Positions 1-14,137 of a DNA stretch of 64,000 nt are shown here, piece by piece (the first letter of the stretch is position 1; the number at the start of each line of letters is the position of its first letter). The notes under the pieces were generated by a model, which worked only from the letters and a program-made list of their open reading frames with translations, did no database searches and was not told the origin of the DNA. Origin of the DNA: a bacterium (lineage in GTDB: Bacteria > UBA8248); assembly GCA_965261085.1 (NCBI GenBank), contig OZ253442.1, positions 1,760,001 to 1,824,000 of the forward strand, given 5' to 3'. Position numbers and translations under genes: made by a program.

Positions 1-1451
1 CGTTGTTCTACAACGTGCCGGCGAGGCGCAAGTTCCTCAAGAGAAAAGAAACCGAACTCGCCCGCTGCTTAGAAGTAGCGAACCAGGCGGCCATGGCGAA
101 CCCGGGCGTCTCGTTCGTTCTGCGCCACGGGCGGAGGACGCTGCTCGATCTCGACGTCTCCGGAGGGCTTCTCACCCGCGCGGCGGAACTTGTGGGCGAG
201 GCGGCGGCCTCTCATCTGCTAAAGATCCCCCGCGCCTCGTCCGGGAACATGACGTTCAGCGGCTGGGCGGGCGCGCCGGGGCTCAACCGCTCCACGCGAG
301 ACGCGCAGTATCTGTTCGTGAACGGACGCCCCATCCGAGACCGTCTTTTCGTCCACGCGGCGTATGCGGCCTACCGCAGCTTCATGCCGGTGAGGCGCCA
401 GCCCGTCTTCATCCTCTTTCTGGACATGCCGCCCGAGGACGTGGACGTGAACGTCCACCCAGCCAAGCAAGAGGTGCGTTTTCGCTTCGCATCGGGCGTC
501 TACGATCTCGTGCGCGATAGCGTCGCCGCCGTGCTGGGCGCGCGGCCGGAGGGAGTGCGGCGCGATTTCGCCCACCAGGGCGCAGGCCATGCAACGTCCG
601 GCGGGCCGCATTCTCCACCGGGCAATCCTGCCGAGGAAGAACTGACTACCCCGCCTTCAGCACCCTCTTTACTGGGCGGAGGCGGATACTTTGGGGACTA
701 TGGCGCCGCCGGGGATTACGGCGTCTCCGCGGAGGGGTCCGCGCCTGAGGTCGAAGGCGCCGGGTCGGCGGAACCCTCCCCGCCCGCGCCCGTGAGTCCG
801 CCGCCAGAATCGACGGCGCCCTCGCCGCTCGAGCGCATGCTGGAACCGCCCCATCCGGCGGATCCCGTCGCTCTCTCCGAATGCCGCTATCTGGGGCAGT
901 GGGAGGAGTGCTTTCTGCTCTTCGGCTCCCCGCAGGGGCTGGTGCTCGTCGATCAGCACGCTGCGCACGAGCGCGTGCTCTACAACCGCTTCCGCGACCA
1001 GTTCAGGGAGAGCCGCGTGGACAGCCAGGCGTGTCTCGTGCCCGAGGAGATTCGGCTCAGGCCCGAGGAGGCGCTCGGCCTCGAGGCGCACTTTGAGAAT
1101 CTGTCGCGCTCGGGGTTCGAACTCGAATGCGCGGGTCCCGGGGAATACCGGATTCGGGCCGTGCCCGCGCTTCTGGCGGATCGCGACCCCGCAGGCGCGG
1201 TGCGCCAGATCGTGGAGGGTCTGGCGGATCTCGAACAGCCCGTGAGCTTCGCGGATCTCATCGACGGCATCATCGCGAGGATGAGTTGTAAGGGCGCGGT
1301 GAAGGCGGCGCGGCCCATGCGCCCCGAGGAAGTGGCCTCCCTCGTCGAGGAACTCGAGAAAACGCCGGGCAGGTGGACCTGTCCGCATGGGCGGCCCGTC
1401 ATGCTCGTGATGGGCGCAGGCCTCGTGAGAAGGCGCTTTCTGCGAAGTTGA
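1..1451 (+). CDS. mutL: DNA mismatch repair protein MutL (5'-partial)
   Basis: FYNVPARRKFL, DVNVHPAKQEVRF, endonuclease motif DQHAAHER, SCK and CPHGRP; open at window start. Confidence 0.97.
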   Translation, partial: LFYNVPARRKFLKRKETELARCLEVANQAAMANPGVSFVLRHGRRTLLDLDVSGGLLTRAAELVGEAAASHLLKIPRASSGNMTFSGWAGAPGLNRSTRDAQYLFVNGRPIRDRLFVHAAYAAYRSFMPVRRQPVFILFLDMPPEDVDVNVHPAKQEVRFRFASGVYDLVRDSVAAVLGARPEGVRRDFAHQGAGHATSGGPHSPPGNPAEEELTTPPSAPSLLGGGGYFGDYGAAGDYGVSAEGSAPEVEGAGSAEPSPPAPVSPPPESTAPSPLERMLEPPHPADPVALSECRYLGQWEECFLLFGSPQGLVLVDQHAAHERVLYNRFRDQFRESRVDSQACLVPEEIRLRPEEALGLEAHFENLSRSGFELECAGPGEYRIRAVPALLADRDPAGAVRQIVEGLADLEQPVSFADLIDGIIARMSCKGAVKAARPMRPEEVASLVEELEKTPGRWTCPHGRPVMLVMGAGLVRRRFLRS

Positions 1452-1568
1452 GCCGATTTTTTGCGCCAGGCCGGTGACGCTCTTGACACCCGCGCCCAAG
1501 CGCAACAGAATGACGAGGCAAGAAAAGGAGGGCCATCGGGGAGGGTTTTCGATGCCGCATCCTTTTGA

Positions 1569-3248
<1,680 letters not shown>

Positions 3249-3473
3249 TTGATACAGCATAGTCCAGGCGATGCCCGTTGGCGTCGAGGAGGGCGTGAGC
3301 GCACGGATGAGCGCTTACCCATCGCCCGGAAAAACGAAAGCGTCGGGTTGTCCAAGGGATCATGGAGTCCCGATTCATCCGCCCCGGCGCAGGAAATGTT
3401 TACCGATGGCCCGGCTCGGGAGCGGGCCTGAGAGTGGAGGGGGGATAGGCGGTTCGTTCCGCTGCATCCGAAA

Positions 3474-5009
3474 ATGAAGATGCGCGATCAGATACTCATC
3501 CTGGATTTCGGCTCGCAGTATACGCAACTCATCGCCCGGCGCGTTCGGGAGTTGAACTTGTATTGCGAAATTCAACCATGCACCCGGGATTGGCGCGAGA
3601 TAACGGGCCCGCACACGAAAGGCGTCATCCTCTCTGGCGGGCCGAGCAGCGTGTACGAGAACGGCTCCCCCTCGGTCGACCCCGCGCTGTTCGAGAGCGA
3701 CTTCCCCATTCTGGGGATTTGCTACGGCATGCAGCTCATGACCCACCTTCTCGGCGGGAAGGTCGGCCCATACGCCAAAAGAGAATTCGGACGCGCGCAA
3801 GTGGTGGTTGAGGAGTCCGTCGGTATTTTTCTCGGTTTCCAGGGCGAGGAGACCGTTTGGATGAGTCATGGAGACACGATAGAGGCGCCGCCGCCGGGCT
3901 ACAGGTCGCTCGCGCGCTCGGAAGGCTCCCCTGTGGCGGCGATGATGTCCGACGATGGACGGCGCTACGGTATACAGTTTCACCCGGAGGTGGCGCACAC
4001 CCCGCGAGGCAAGGAGATTCTCCACAATTTCGTGCACAGGATTTGCGGATGCGCGGGCGATTGGACGATGCGCTCCTTCATCGAGGAGGCGGTCAAGCGC
4101 ATTAAGGAGCAGGTGGGGCCAAAGCGGGTGGTGTGCGGCCTCTCGGGAGGCGTGGATTCCTCCGTGACGGCGATGCTCGTCAAAGAGGCGATAGGCGAGC
4201 GGCTCACCTGTATCTTCGTGGACAACGGCCTGCTCAGAAAAAACGAGGCCGAGCAAGTGGTGGAGACTTTCGGCGACAGGCTCAACCTCGTGCACGTGGA
4301 CGCGAGCGGGGAATTCCTGAGCGCGTTGCGCGGCGTCACGCACCCCGAAGCCAAGAGAAAGAGAATCGGCGAGATATTCATCCGCGTGTTCGAGCGCGTG
4401 GCGAGGAAGCTGGGCGACGTGAAGTTCCTGGCCCAGGGGACGCTCTACCCCGACGTCATCGAGAGCGTCTCGTTCAAGGGGCCTTCAGCGACCATTAAGA
4501 GCCACCACAACGTGGGCGGGCTGCCGAAATGGATGCGGCTCGCGCTCATCGAGCCCCTGCGCGAGTTGTTCAAGGATGAGGTTCGCGAGGCGGGCGAGGA
4601 GTTGGGACTGCCGCGCGAGTTGCTCTGGCGGCATCCGTTCCCCGGACCGGGGCTCGCCGTGCGCGTTTTGGGCGAGGTGACGGAGAAGCGCGTGAAAACC
4701 TTACAAGAGGCGGACGCCATTTTCATCGAAACGCTCCGCAAGCACGATCACTACTACAAGGTCTGGCAGGCGTTCGCCGTCTTGCTGCCCGTGAACACCG
4801 TGGGCGTGATGGGTGATGCGAGAACCTATGAGAACGCCCTTGCGCTCCGGGCCGTCACCAGTCAGGACGGGATGACGGCGGACTGGGCCAGGCTTCCGCC
4901 GGAATTGCTGGCCGAGGCCTCATCGCGCATCATCAACGAGGTGCGCGGCGTGAACCGCGTGGTGTACGACGTCTCCTCCAAGCCGCCGGGCACGATCGAG
5001 TGGGAGTAG
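3474..5009 (+). CDS. guaA: GMP synthase (glutamine-hydrolysing)
   Basis: [38 protein letters not shown]-terminus. Confidence 0.98.
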   Translation: MKMRDQILILDFGSQYTQLIARRVRELNLYCEIQPCTRDWREITGPHTKGVILSGGPSSVYENGSPSVDPALFESDFPILGICYGMQLMTHLLGGKVGPYAKREFGRAQVVVEESVGIFLGFQGEETVWMSHGDTIEAPPPGYRSLARSEGSPVAAMMSDDGRRYGIQFHPEVAHTPRGKEILHNFVHRICGCAGDWTMRSFIEEAVKRIKEQVGPKRVVCGLSGGVDSSVTAMLVKEAIGERLTCIFVDNGLLRKNEAEQVVETFGDRLNLVHVDASGEFLSALRGVTHPEAKRKRIGEIFIRVFERVARKLGDVKFLAQGTLYPDVIESVSFKGPSATIKSHHNVGGLPKWMRLALIEPLRELFKDEVREAGEELGLPRELLWRHPFPGPGLAVRVLGEVTEKRVKTLQEADAIFIETLRKHDHYYKVWQAFAVLLPVNTVGVMGDARTYENALALRAVTSQDGMTADWARLPPELLAEASSRIINEVRGVNRVVYDVSSKPPGTIEWE

Positions 5010-5620
5010 GGCGGGGCCAGAAAATTTTGCAAACCAGGAAAATACTATGTCGATAAGGATTATCGTTCTACTTGCCTTTATTTTGTTTCCACATTGGGCT
5101 TTTGCTCAAATAATCACCTCTTGCCAGAACCCTAAGGGTAAAGCTTTCTATCATTTTCAGGGGCTAGTTTCGAAAAAAAATAGTGGTTGGGTAGAAGATA
5201 AAATTACCGGTGGAATTACGATGTTACAAAAACTTGGTAGCGACAAATACGATATTCTACTGGATGACGTTAGAAAAAAGGTCCTTTCACTCACCAAAGA
5301 TGATGGGGGGTCAGTGAAACTTTTTCGAAAAGGGGCCAAAGATGCATCGTTTCTTTATTACTTTCCCGGTAGGGTGCTGGAAATCTATACGTTTTGGCAA
5401 GATTCAGATGGTAATTACAAGCTAGATATGATTTCGAGCAAAGGTGGGAGTTGGATCGTTCACAAAAGTTCAATTTTAGTTGCAGATTGCGCCCGGATAG
5501 ATTTTTCTTTGATAAAGTGATTGAAAGACTAGTAGTCGGATTGCCTTCACGGATTCAAAGACAATAATTTGGTCATGGAATCAACATGTTAGAAGAATGA
5601 TCCTATCGAGTGGGAGTAGG
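4995..5620. mobile_element. Integrase-less islet bounded by 16-bp direct repeat ATCGAGTGGGAGTAGG (guaA 3' end; attL/attR-like)
   Basis: Identical 16-mer at 4995-5010 and 5605-5620; interior is visibly AT-rich; IHF-consensus match AATCAACATGTTA at 5579-5591. Confidence 0.75.
5047..5520 (+). CDS. Hypothetical exported protein
   Basis: 157-aa ORF, signal-peptide-like N-terminus ending AFA, AGGA RBS, AT-rich codon usage. Confidence 0.75.
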   Translation: MSIRIIVLLAFILFPHWAFAQIITSCQNPKGKAFYHFQGLVSKKNSGWVEDKITGGITMLQKLGSDKYDILLDDVRKKVLSLTKDDGGSVKLFRKGAKDASFLYYFPGRVLEIYTFWQDSDGNYKLDMISSKGGSWIVHKSSILVADCARIDFSLIK

Positions 5621-5717
5621 ATATATAATTCAAAAACAATGAGTTGCGTGAAATCATACCGTTTTTCTTTGTAATACCCGTCGCCGAGTCTGAAATTTTC
5701 CTGAAGGAGTCGAAAGA

Positions 5718-6038
5718 ATGTATCGCGTGTTAAAGACTTCGCTCGCTGTGGTTCCGCTCTTTTTCCTGGGTTGGCTTCTCACGGGAGCGAGCGCCCATGA
5801 GGCGAATCAGCCTCACTGGCATATTGCTCAGGCTCATCACGGCAAGAAGGGCCATGCGCATCTGTACCTGAACGGGAAGAAGGTGACGAGGTTGTACGCA
5901 ACTTCCCATTTCATGGATAAATTGCCTAAAGGGAATCTCGAGATAAGGGTCACGCTGAACACGAACATGCACGAAGACCTGAGCTACAAGGCAAAGCTCG
6001 TTCAGGACGTCGTGGTGTTCAAGGACTTCAACAACTAG
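5718..6038 (+). CDS. Hypothetical exported His-rich (putative metal-binding) protein
   Basis: AAGGAG RBS, signal peptide ending ASA, GHAHLYLNGKKVTRLY and NTNMH motifs. Confidence 0.7.
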   Translation: MYRVLKTSLAVVPLFFLGWLLTGASAHEANQPHWHIAQAHHGKKGHAHLYLNGKKVTRLYATSHFMDKLPKGNLEIRVTLNTNMHEDLSYKAKLVQDVVVFKDFNN

Positions 6039-6056
6039 GGGCGGGGGGCTGAAACC

Positions 6057-6422
6057 TTGCTGATATGGACGCATTTTATTCTGGCCGTGCTGGCGATTGC
6101 GCTCGGCCTCGTCAATCTAGCGTCCGAGAAGGGAACGCGCAGGCACCGGTTTATCGGCTGGTGCTGGCTCGTCGTGATGACCTACGTCACGGTCTCATCC
6201 TTTTGGATACGTGAGCTCAACGACGGCGATTTCAGTTGGATTCACATTCTCACGGTCTGGACGATTTTCTGCATGGTGGTCGCGGTGGTCTCGATACGGC
6301 GGGGAAGGGTGCGCACGCACGCGGCGTTCATGACGGGCACGATGATAGGCGCCCTCATCGCGGGCGGGTTCGCCATGATGCCCGGCAGGTTCATCAGCGA
6401 GCTTTTCGGATACGGCGGGTAA
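6057..6422 (+). CDS. DUF2306-like membrane protein
   Basis: KGTRRHRFIG, SWIHIL and MPGR motifs, four hydrophobic segments. Confidence 0.75.
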   Translation: MLIWTHFILAVLAIALGLVNLASEKGTRRHRFIGWCWLVVMTYVTVSSFWIRELNDGDFSWIHILTVWTIFCMVVAVVSIRRGRVRTHAAFMTGTMIGALIAGGFAMMPGRFISELFGYGG

Positions 6423-6586
6423 TTTGTCGCAGGCGCGAAGGCGCTCTCGCGTAGTTGGGAAGATGGCGCCGACAGGTTCTAAGCGTTAAACTGAGATGCC
6501 GCACCGGCTACACGGGCTACACAAAAAGCAGTATCCTAAAAGAGCATGCCAGTATTAAAATACCGCCCCCGGGGAGCAGACCAGAC

Positions 6587-10010
<3,424 letters not shown>

Positions 10011-10018
<8 letters not shown>

Positions 10019-10712
10019 ATCATCCATCAGGGCCGCCTTCCTGGGGCGGGTGGCATTCCATGAGGCCTGGGATTTGCAAAAGCGCTTGTGGACCGAGCGC
10101 GCCGAAGGCCGCTTGAAGCAGGATATTTTTCTCTTTCTGGAACACGAGCCGGTCATGACGCTGGGCAAAGGGGGGGCCGAGGAAAACGTGCTTCTCAGGC
10201 GCTCTCCCGTCGATGGCGCGGAGGTTCCCCTGGTTCGAATCAACCGGGGCGGCGAGGTGACTTTTCATGGCCCGGGCCAATTGATGCTTTATGCCATATG
10301 CGATCTTCGCGAATGGGAGCGTGACGTGCACCTCCACTGCAGGCGGCTGGAGGAGGTCTTTCGGCGCTATCTCGAAAGAAAAGGGCTCCGCGCCGAGAGA
10401 AGGCCTGGGAACCCGGGCCTTTGGGTGGGTGATGAGAAAATTCTCGCCCTGGGCGTGGGCGCGAGACGCTGGGTGACGATGCACGGGGTTTCGTTCAACG
10501 CATCGCCTGATTTGAGATATTTCGAGATGATGCACCCCTGCGGCGAGGTGGGCGGGCGCGTGACTTCCTTAGAAGAGCTCCTGGGGAATTCACCGCCACT
10601 CTTAGAACTCGCGCAAGATCTGATTCCCGTTTGCGCGGACGTTTTCGATGCGGACATCACGATGGAAACCGACCCGGCGCGGGTCTTAGGAGCTCTCCCC
10701 GGTGTTTCGTGA
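10011..10712 (+). CDS. lipB: Lipoyl(octanoyl) transferase
   Basis: LEHEPVMTLG, RGGEVTFHGPGQL, HGVSFN, PCG. Confidence 0.92.
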
Positions 10713-11526
10713 ACCGACAAATTCAAGAAGTCTAAAGTGGGCTTTCGTCGTGAGTCTGGCGGGCGCTTTTCTCCTGCTCGCCGAGGCGCAGGCGTTCGCG
10801 GCCTGGGACGTTGCCGGGTGGGGATTTACGCCCAAAATATGGGAACTCCTGAAGAAGGGGGGGTATACGATGATCCCCCTGGGGCTGTGCTCGGTCATTG
10901 CGCTCATGGTGACGCTCGAGCGCCTCATCTCTCTCAGGCGAAAGAAAGTCCTGCCCCATGCTCTGGTGAGCGCTTCTGAGAGATATTGGCAAAGCGGTGA
11001 TTTCGAGGGGGCCGCCGGTATTTGTGAGCGATTCGACTCACCCCTCGCGCGTGTGCTGAAAGCGGGGCTGTCGAGGCGGCGCCTGGGACTCGGCGAAATG
11101 GAGCGCGCGATGGTCGGCGCGGGCCGGCACGAATCGACCATCTTGTCTCGAAACCTGCGTGGTTTGGGCGTCATCGCGAATCTGGCGCCTATGCTGGGCC
11201 TGTTCGGTACCGTCGTCGGCATGATTCGCGCCTTCGACGTCATCAGCCGCGCAGGCACGGGAAATCCGAATCTGGTGGCGGAGGGGATATCCGAAGCGCT
11301 TCTGACCACGGCGGCGGGCCTTTTGATAGGCATTCCGGCCCTTGCGGCGTATCACTTTTTCCGTTCGCGCAGCGGTCGCCTCCTGTTCGAGATGGAATCT
11401 ATCGCTCTGGCGCTTTTGCAAAACCTGGCGGCGCAATCCGGAGAGCCAGGCGATGACCTGGAAGTTTCTTCCCAACACGAGGCGCAGGACCTGGAAAGCC
11501 TGAGTCCGCAGCACGAGGATATGTGA
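10702..11526 (+). CDS. MotA/TolQ/ExbB proton channel protein
   Basis: APMLGLFGTVVGMI, GISEALLTTAAGL. Confidence 0.92.
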   Translation: MFREPTNSRSLKWAFVVSLAGAFLLLAEAQAFAAWDVAGWGFTPKIWELLKKGGYTMIPLGLCSVIALMVTLERLISLRRKKVLPHALVSASERYWQSGDFEGAAGICERFDSPLARVLKAGLSRRRLGLGEMERAMVGAGRHESTILSRNLRGLGVIANLAPMLGLFGTVVGMIRAFDVISRAGTGNPNLVAEGISEALLTTAAGLLIGIPALAAYHFFRSRSGRLLFEMESIALALLQNLAAQSGEPGDDLEVSSQHEAQDLESLSPQHEDM

Positions 11527-11928
11527 GTGCGCTTTCAGGGTGACTCGGAGGAGGATTACAGCCTCCAGCTCACGTCGCTGATAGACGTCGTCTTTTTGCT
11601 CCTGATCTTTTTCATGGTCTCCACCTCTTTCGTGGATTTCACCCGCAGGCTCGACATCGAACTGCCCGAAGCGAAATCGAGCGCCGAGGTGGTGGAGAAA
11701 AAATCGTTTCTCATCGAAGTCGGTGTGAAGAAGCGAATTTCGCTGAACGGAAAAACGGTGCTGCTCGATGACCTCGAAAGCGAATTGAAGGCGGGCGTCG
11801 TGAGCGGAAAGTTCAAACCTTCCCTGACGGTCAAGGCGGATAAGCGCCTCGATTACGGCTATGTGATCAAAGTGATGGGCCTCATATCCGGGGCGGGCAT
11901 TCGGGACATCTCTCTGGCCACGAAATAG
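11527..11928 (+). CDS. ExbD/TolR family protein
   Basis: LTSLIDVVFLLLIFFMV, directly follows the ExbB-type gene. Confidence 0.92.
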   Translation: MRFQGDSEEDYSLQLTSLIDVVFLLLIFFMVSTSFVDFTRRLDIELPEAKSSAEVVEKKSFLIEVGVKKRISLNGKTVLLDDLESELKAGVVSGKFKPSLTVKADKRLDYGYVIKVMGLISGAGIRDISLATK

Positions 11929-12026
11929 CGTCGAAACGGTTTTCGGGCGCGGCGGGAAGGCTTTTGCGCCTCATTTTACCCTGGAGAATAGGCGTGAACC
12001 AAAGGCGGGCCGATTCCACCGTTTCC

Positions 12027-12656
12027 ATGCCCCACAAGGCCAAATCCAACACGCGCGTTCTTCTGCTCAGACACGGCGCGGCGGAGGGTTCGAAAGAGGG
12101 TTTTTTCTACGGCAGCACCGATGCGCCGCTCTTGGCCGAGGGCGAGACGCAGGTGCGGGAAGCGGCGGCGTGCGTCAAGGACTGGCTCATGGAGAGCGAA
12201 ACGGCGCTTTACGCAAGTTCCCTTAGCCGCTCTGTGAGGACGGCGGAGATTTTATCCGAGACGCTGAACTTGGGACTCAAACCCGTGAGCGTCCCCGGTA
12301 TCTCCGAACTCCATTTAGGCGATTGGGAAGGAGAGACGCACGCCGGCCTCACGGAAAAAGAACCCGAACGACTGGCCGCGCATTACAGGGATTTCGTTCA
12401 TTCCAAACCGCCGGGCGATGGGGAATCCTTAGAAGAACTCGCCGCTCGCGTTTTGCCTGCGTTTCGCGGCATCTGCGCCCGCGAGAAAGGCAATAACATC
12501 ATCATCTGCGCCCATGCGGCGGTGAACCGAGTGATTCTGTGCGATGCGCTGGGCGCTCCACTCGAGAGCTTTTTTCGGCTGGAGCAAGACTTTGCGGCGT
12601 TGAACGTGATCGACCTTCACGAGGGCGCGCCCCTCGTCCGCATGATGAACATTTGA
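12027..12656 (+). CDS. Histidine phosphatase family protein (CobC/GpmB-like)
   Basis: LLRHG, SSLSRS, GESL, AHAAVNR motifs. Confidence 0.88.
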   Translation: MPHKAKSNTRVLLLRHGAAEGSKEGFFYGSTDAPLLAEGETQVREAAACVKDWLMESETALYASSLSRSVRTAEILSETLNLGLKPVSVPGISELHLGDWEGETHAGLTEKEPERLAAHYRDFVHSKPPGDGESLEELAARVLPAFRGICAREKGNNIIICAHAAVNRVILCDALGAPLESFFRLEQDFAALNVIDLHEGAPLVRMMNI

Positions 12657-12715
12657 TGAAATACGCTTGGTGCGCCTTTTGGTGTAGTAATCCTTAAAGG
12701 CCCGTCTGATCCCCT

Positions 12716-12749
12716 AGCGCCCTTGAAAGCGCTGATGCGCAATAACCAT
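12716..12749 (-). pseudogene. Stub of PIN-domain (VapC) toxin gene
   Basis: ATG overlaps the antitoxin stop (TGATG); ATG GTT ATT G-C GCA TCA GCG CTT reads MVIDASAL if one A is restored; stop follows almost immediately. Confidence 0.5.
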
Positions 12750-13003
12750 CACGCGGGCAGGCCGCTTTCGTCATACCCGATGGTCTCATCGCTGCTTCGC
12801 TCGTCACGTCTCGGCAGCTTGGCGCAAAACAGAGCGATGCGGTCCAGTTCATCGGCAAGCGCTGCTCCGCCCTGAATCATCTCCAACTGCGCCAGTTTCT
12901 CCTGTATGGCGCGCTTGACGGCCTTGGCCATGGATTCTCCGTTCAAGCTCGCGAGCCTTTTCGCCAACTGATGGGTATCGTCATCTTTGATGTTGAGTTG
13001 CAT
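12749..13003 (-). CDS. Type II antitoxin, Rv0623/VapB-like transcription factor
   Basis: LNIKD...LA.RLA...GES...AV N-terminus and IGYDESGLP C-terminus. Confidence 0.88.
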   Translation of the reverse strand: MQLNIKDDDTHQLAKRLASLNGESMAKAVKRAIQEKLAQLEMIQGGAALADELDRIALFCAKLPRRDERSSDETIGYDESGLPA

Positions 13004-13036
13004 CGCGTAAACCTTGCAAGTCAAGAGACTGAGTCC

Positions 13037-14005
13037 CTACTTCCCCCTGAAGGCCTTGATGATCGCAGCGCCTTCGGCCCCTGCGGCCTTGGTCCATTCG
13101 GCGGACATGGTAGCGCCGATTTTGGCCAGATCGGCGGCGAGGCGCTTCCCCTGCCTCTGTACGCTCATGCCGTTGGCGGCGAGTTGTTCGAGATAAAAGC
13201 CGGTCAACTCCCGCACTCGCGCCGTTCCTGCCGCTTCGGCCAGCAGCGCCGCCGAGCGCAGGCAGTTCCGGGCATGGGCGTCGAGCGCTTTGAAGGCGCG
13301 TTTGTTTGCGAACACGTAGTTGCGCGGCAACCAGGCGCGCAAATCATAAAAATGGCTCACTTGTTTCCAGAGCTTGTGGTCATAGGCGGTCGCGCTCGAA
13401 GTGATGAAGGCCTCCACCTTCCCGCTCGCGAGCGCCCGGTCGAGCTCCGCCAACTCGATGTGCACCGAGGGCATTCCGGCGAGTTTCGCGAATCGCGCCG
13501 TCACGGCGTTGTAGGTGCGGAACCTGACCCCGCGCATGTCGGCGACGCCGCCGATCGCGCGTTTGAAGTACATCCCCTGCGGCGGCCAGGGGACGGAGTA
13601 GAGAAGTACGAGATTCTGCTCGGCGAGAATCTTCGTCAGCCGGCTTCGGGCCGCCCGCCAAAGCTTGTCAGACGCCTCGAAAGACGTGGCCAGCAGCGGC
13701 ACGGAGTCGAACCCGAAGACGGCGTTTTCGTTCTGGTGCGCGCTCAGCAAGCGCTCGCCGATGGGAGCCTCCCCGCTCTCTACGGCGCGCTTGATTTCAC
13801 CGCCCTTGATGAGTGAACCGCCTCCATGCACCACGATATCCAGCTTTCCTCCGGTGCATACGCCCACCGCCTTGGCGAATAACTTTGCGTTTTGCGTGTG
13901 GTAGTTCGCGTTCCCATATGCCGTCGGCATGTTCCATTTTTCCGCCGCTTGGGCCGTCCCAGCCCACAGGAGCAGGCCCGCTGCCAGTCCCGCCAACCAT
14001 TTCAT
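13037..14005 (-). CDS. TRAP transporter substrate-binding protein (DctP family)
   Basis: Signal peptide, KWNMPTAY, GERLLS, VPWPPQG motifs. Confidence 0.9.
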   Translation of the reverse strand: MKWLAGLAAGLLLWAGTAQAAEKWNMPTAYGNANYHTQNAKLFAKAVGVCTGGKLDIVVHGGGSLIKGGEIKRAVESGEAPIGERLLSAHQNENAVFGFDSVPLLATSFEASDKLWRAARSRLTKILAEQNLVLLYSVPWPPQGMYFKRAIGGVADMRGVRFRTYNAVTARFAKLAGMPSVHIELAELDRALASGKVEAFITSSATAYDHKLWKQVSHFYDLRAWLPRNYVFANKRAFKALDAHARNCLRSAALLAEAAGTARVRELTGFYLEQLAANGMSVQRQGKRLAADLAKIGATMSAEWTKAAGAEGAAIIKAFRGK

Positions 14006-14137
14006 GATCGAGTCTTCCGTTATGTAAACGCCGTGATAGCCGTCGATTGAAGCAAACGATGTACGAAAATACTGGTTGTTATTCTATACTAACAATCGTT
14101 CTCAGAGGACCCTCAATCTTCTCTCATAGAGGGTCTC

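Noticed and set aside
11455-11520. Short imperfect duplication at the ExbB C-terminus (DLEVSSQHE / DLESLSPQHE)
   Set aside because: Degenerate repeat in a probably disordered tail; no evidence of function.
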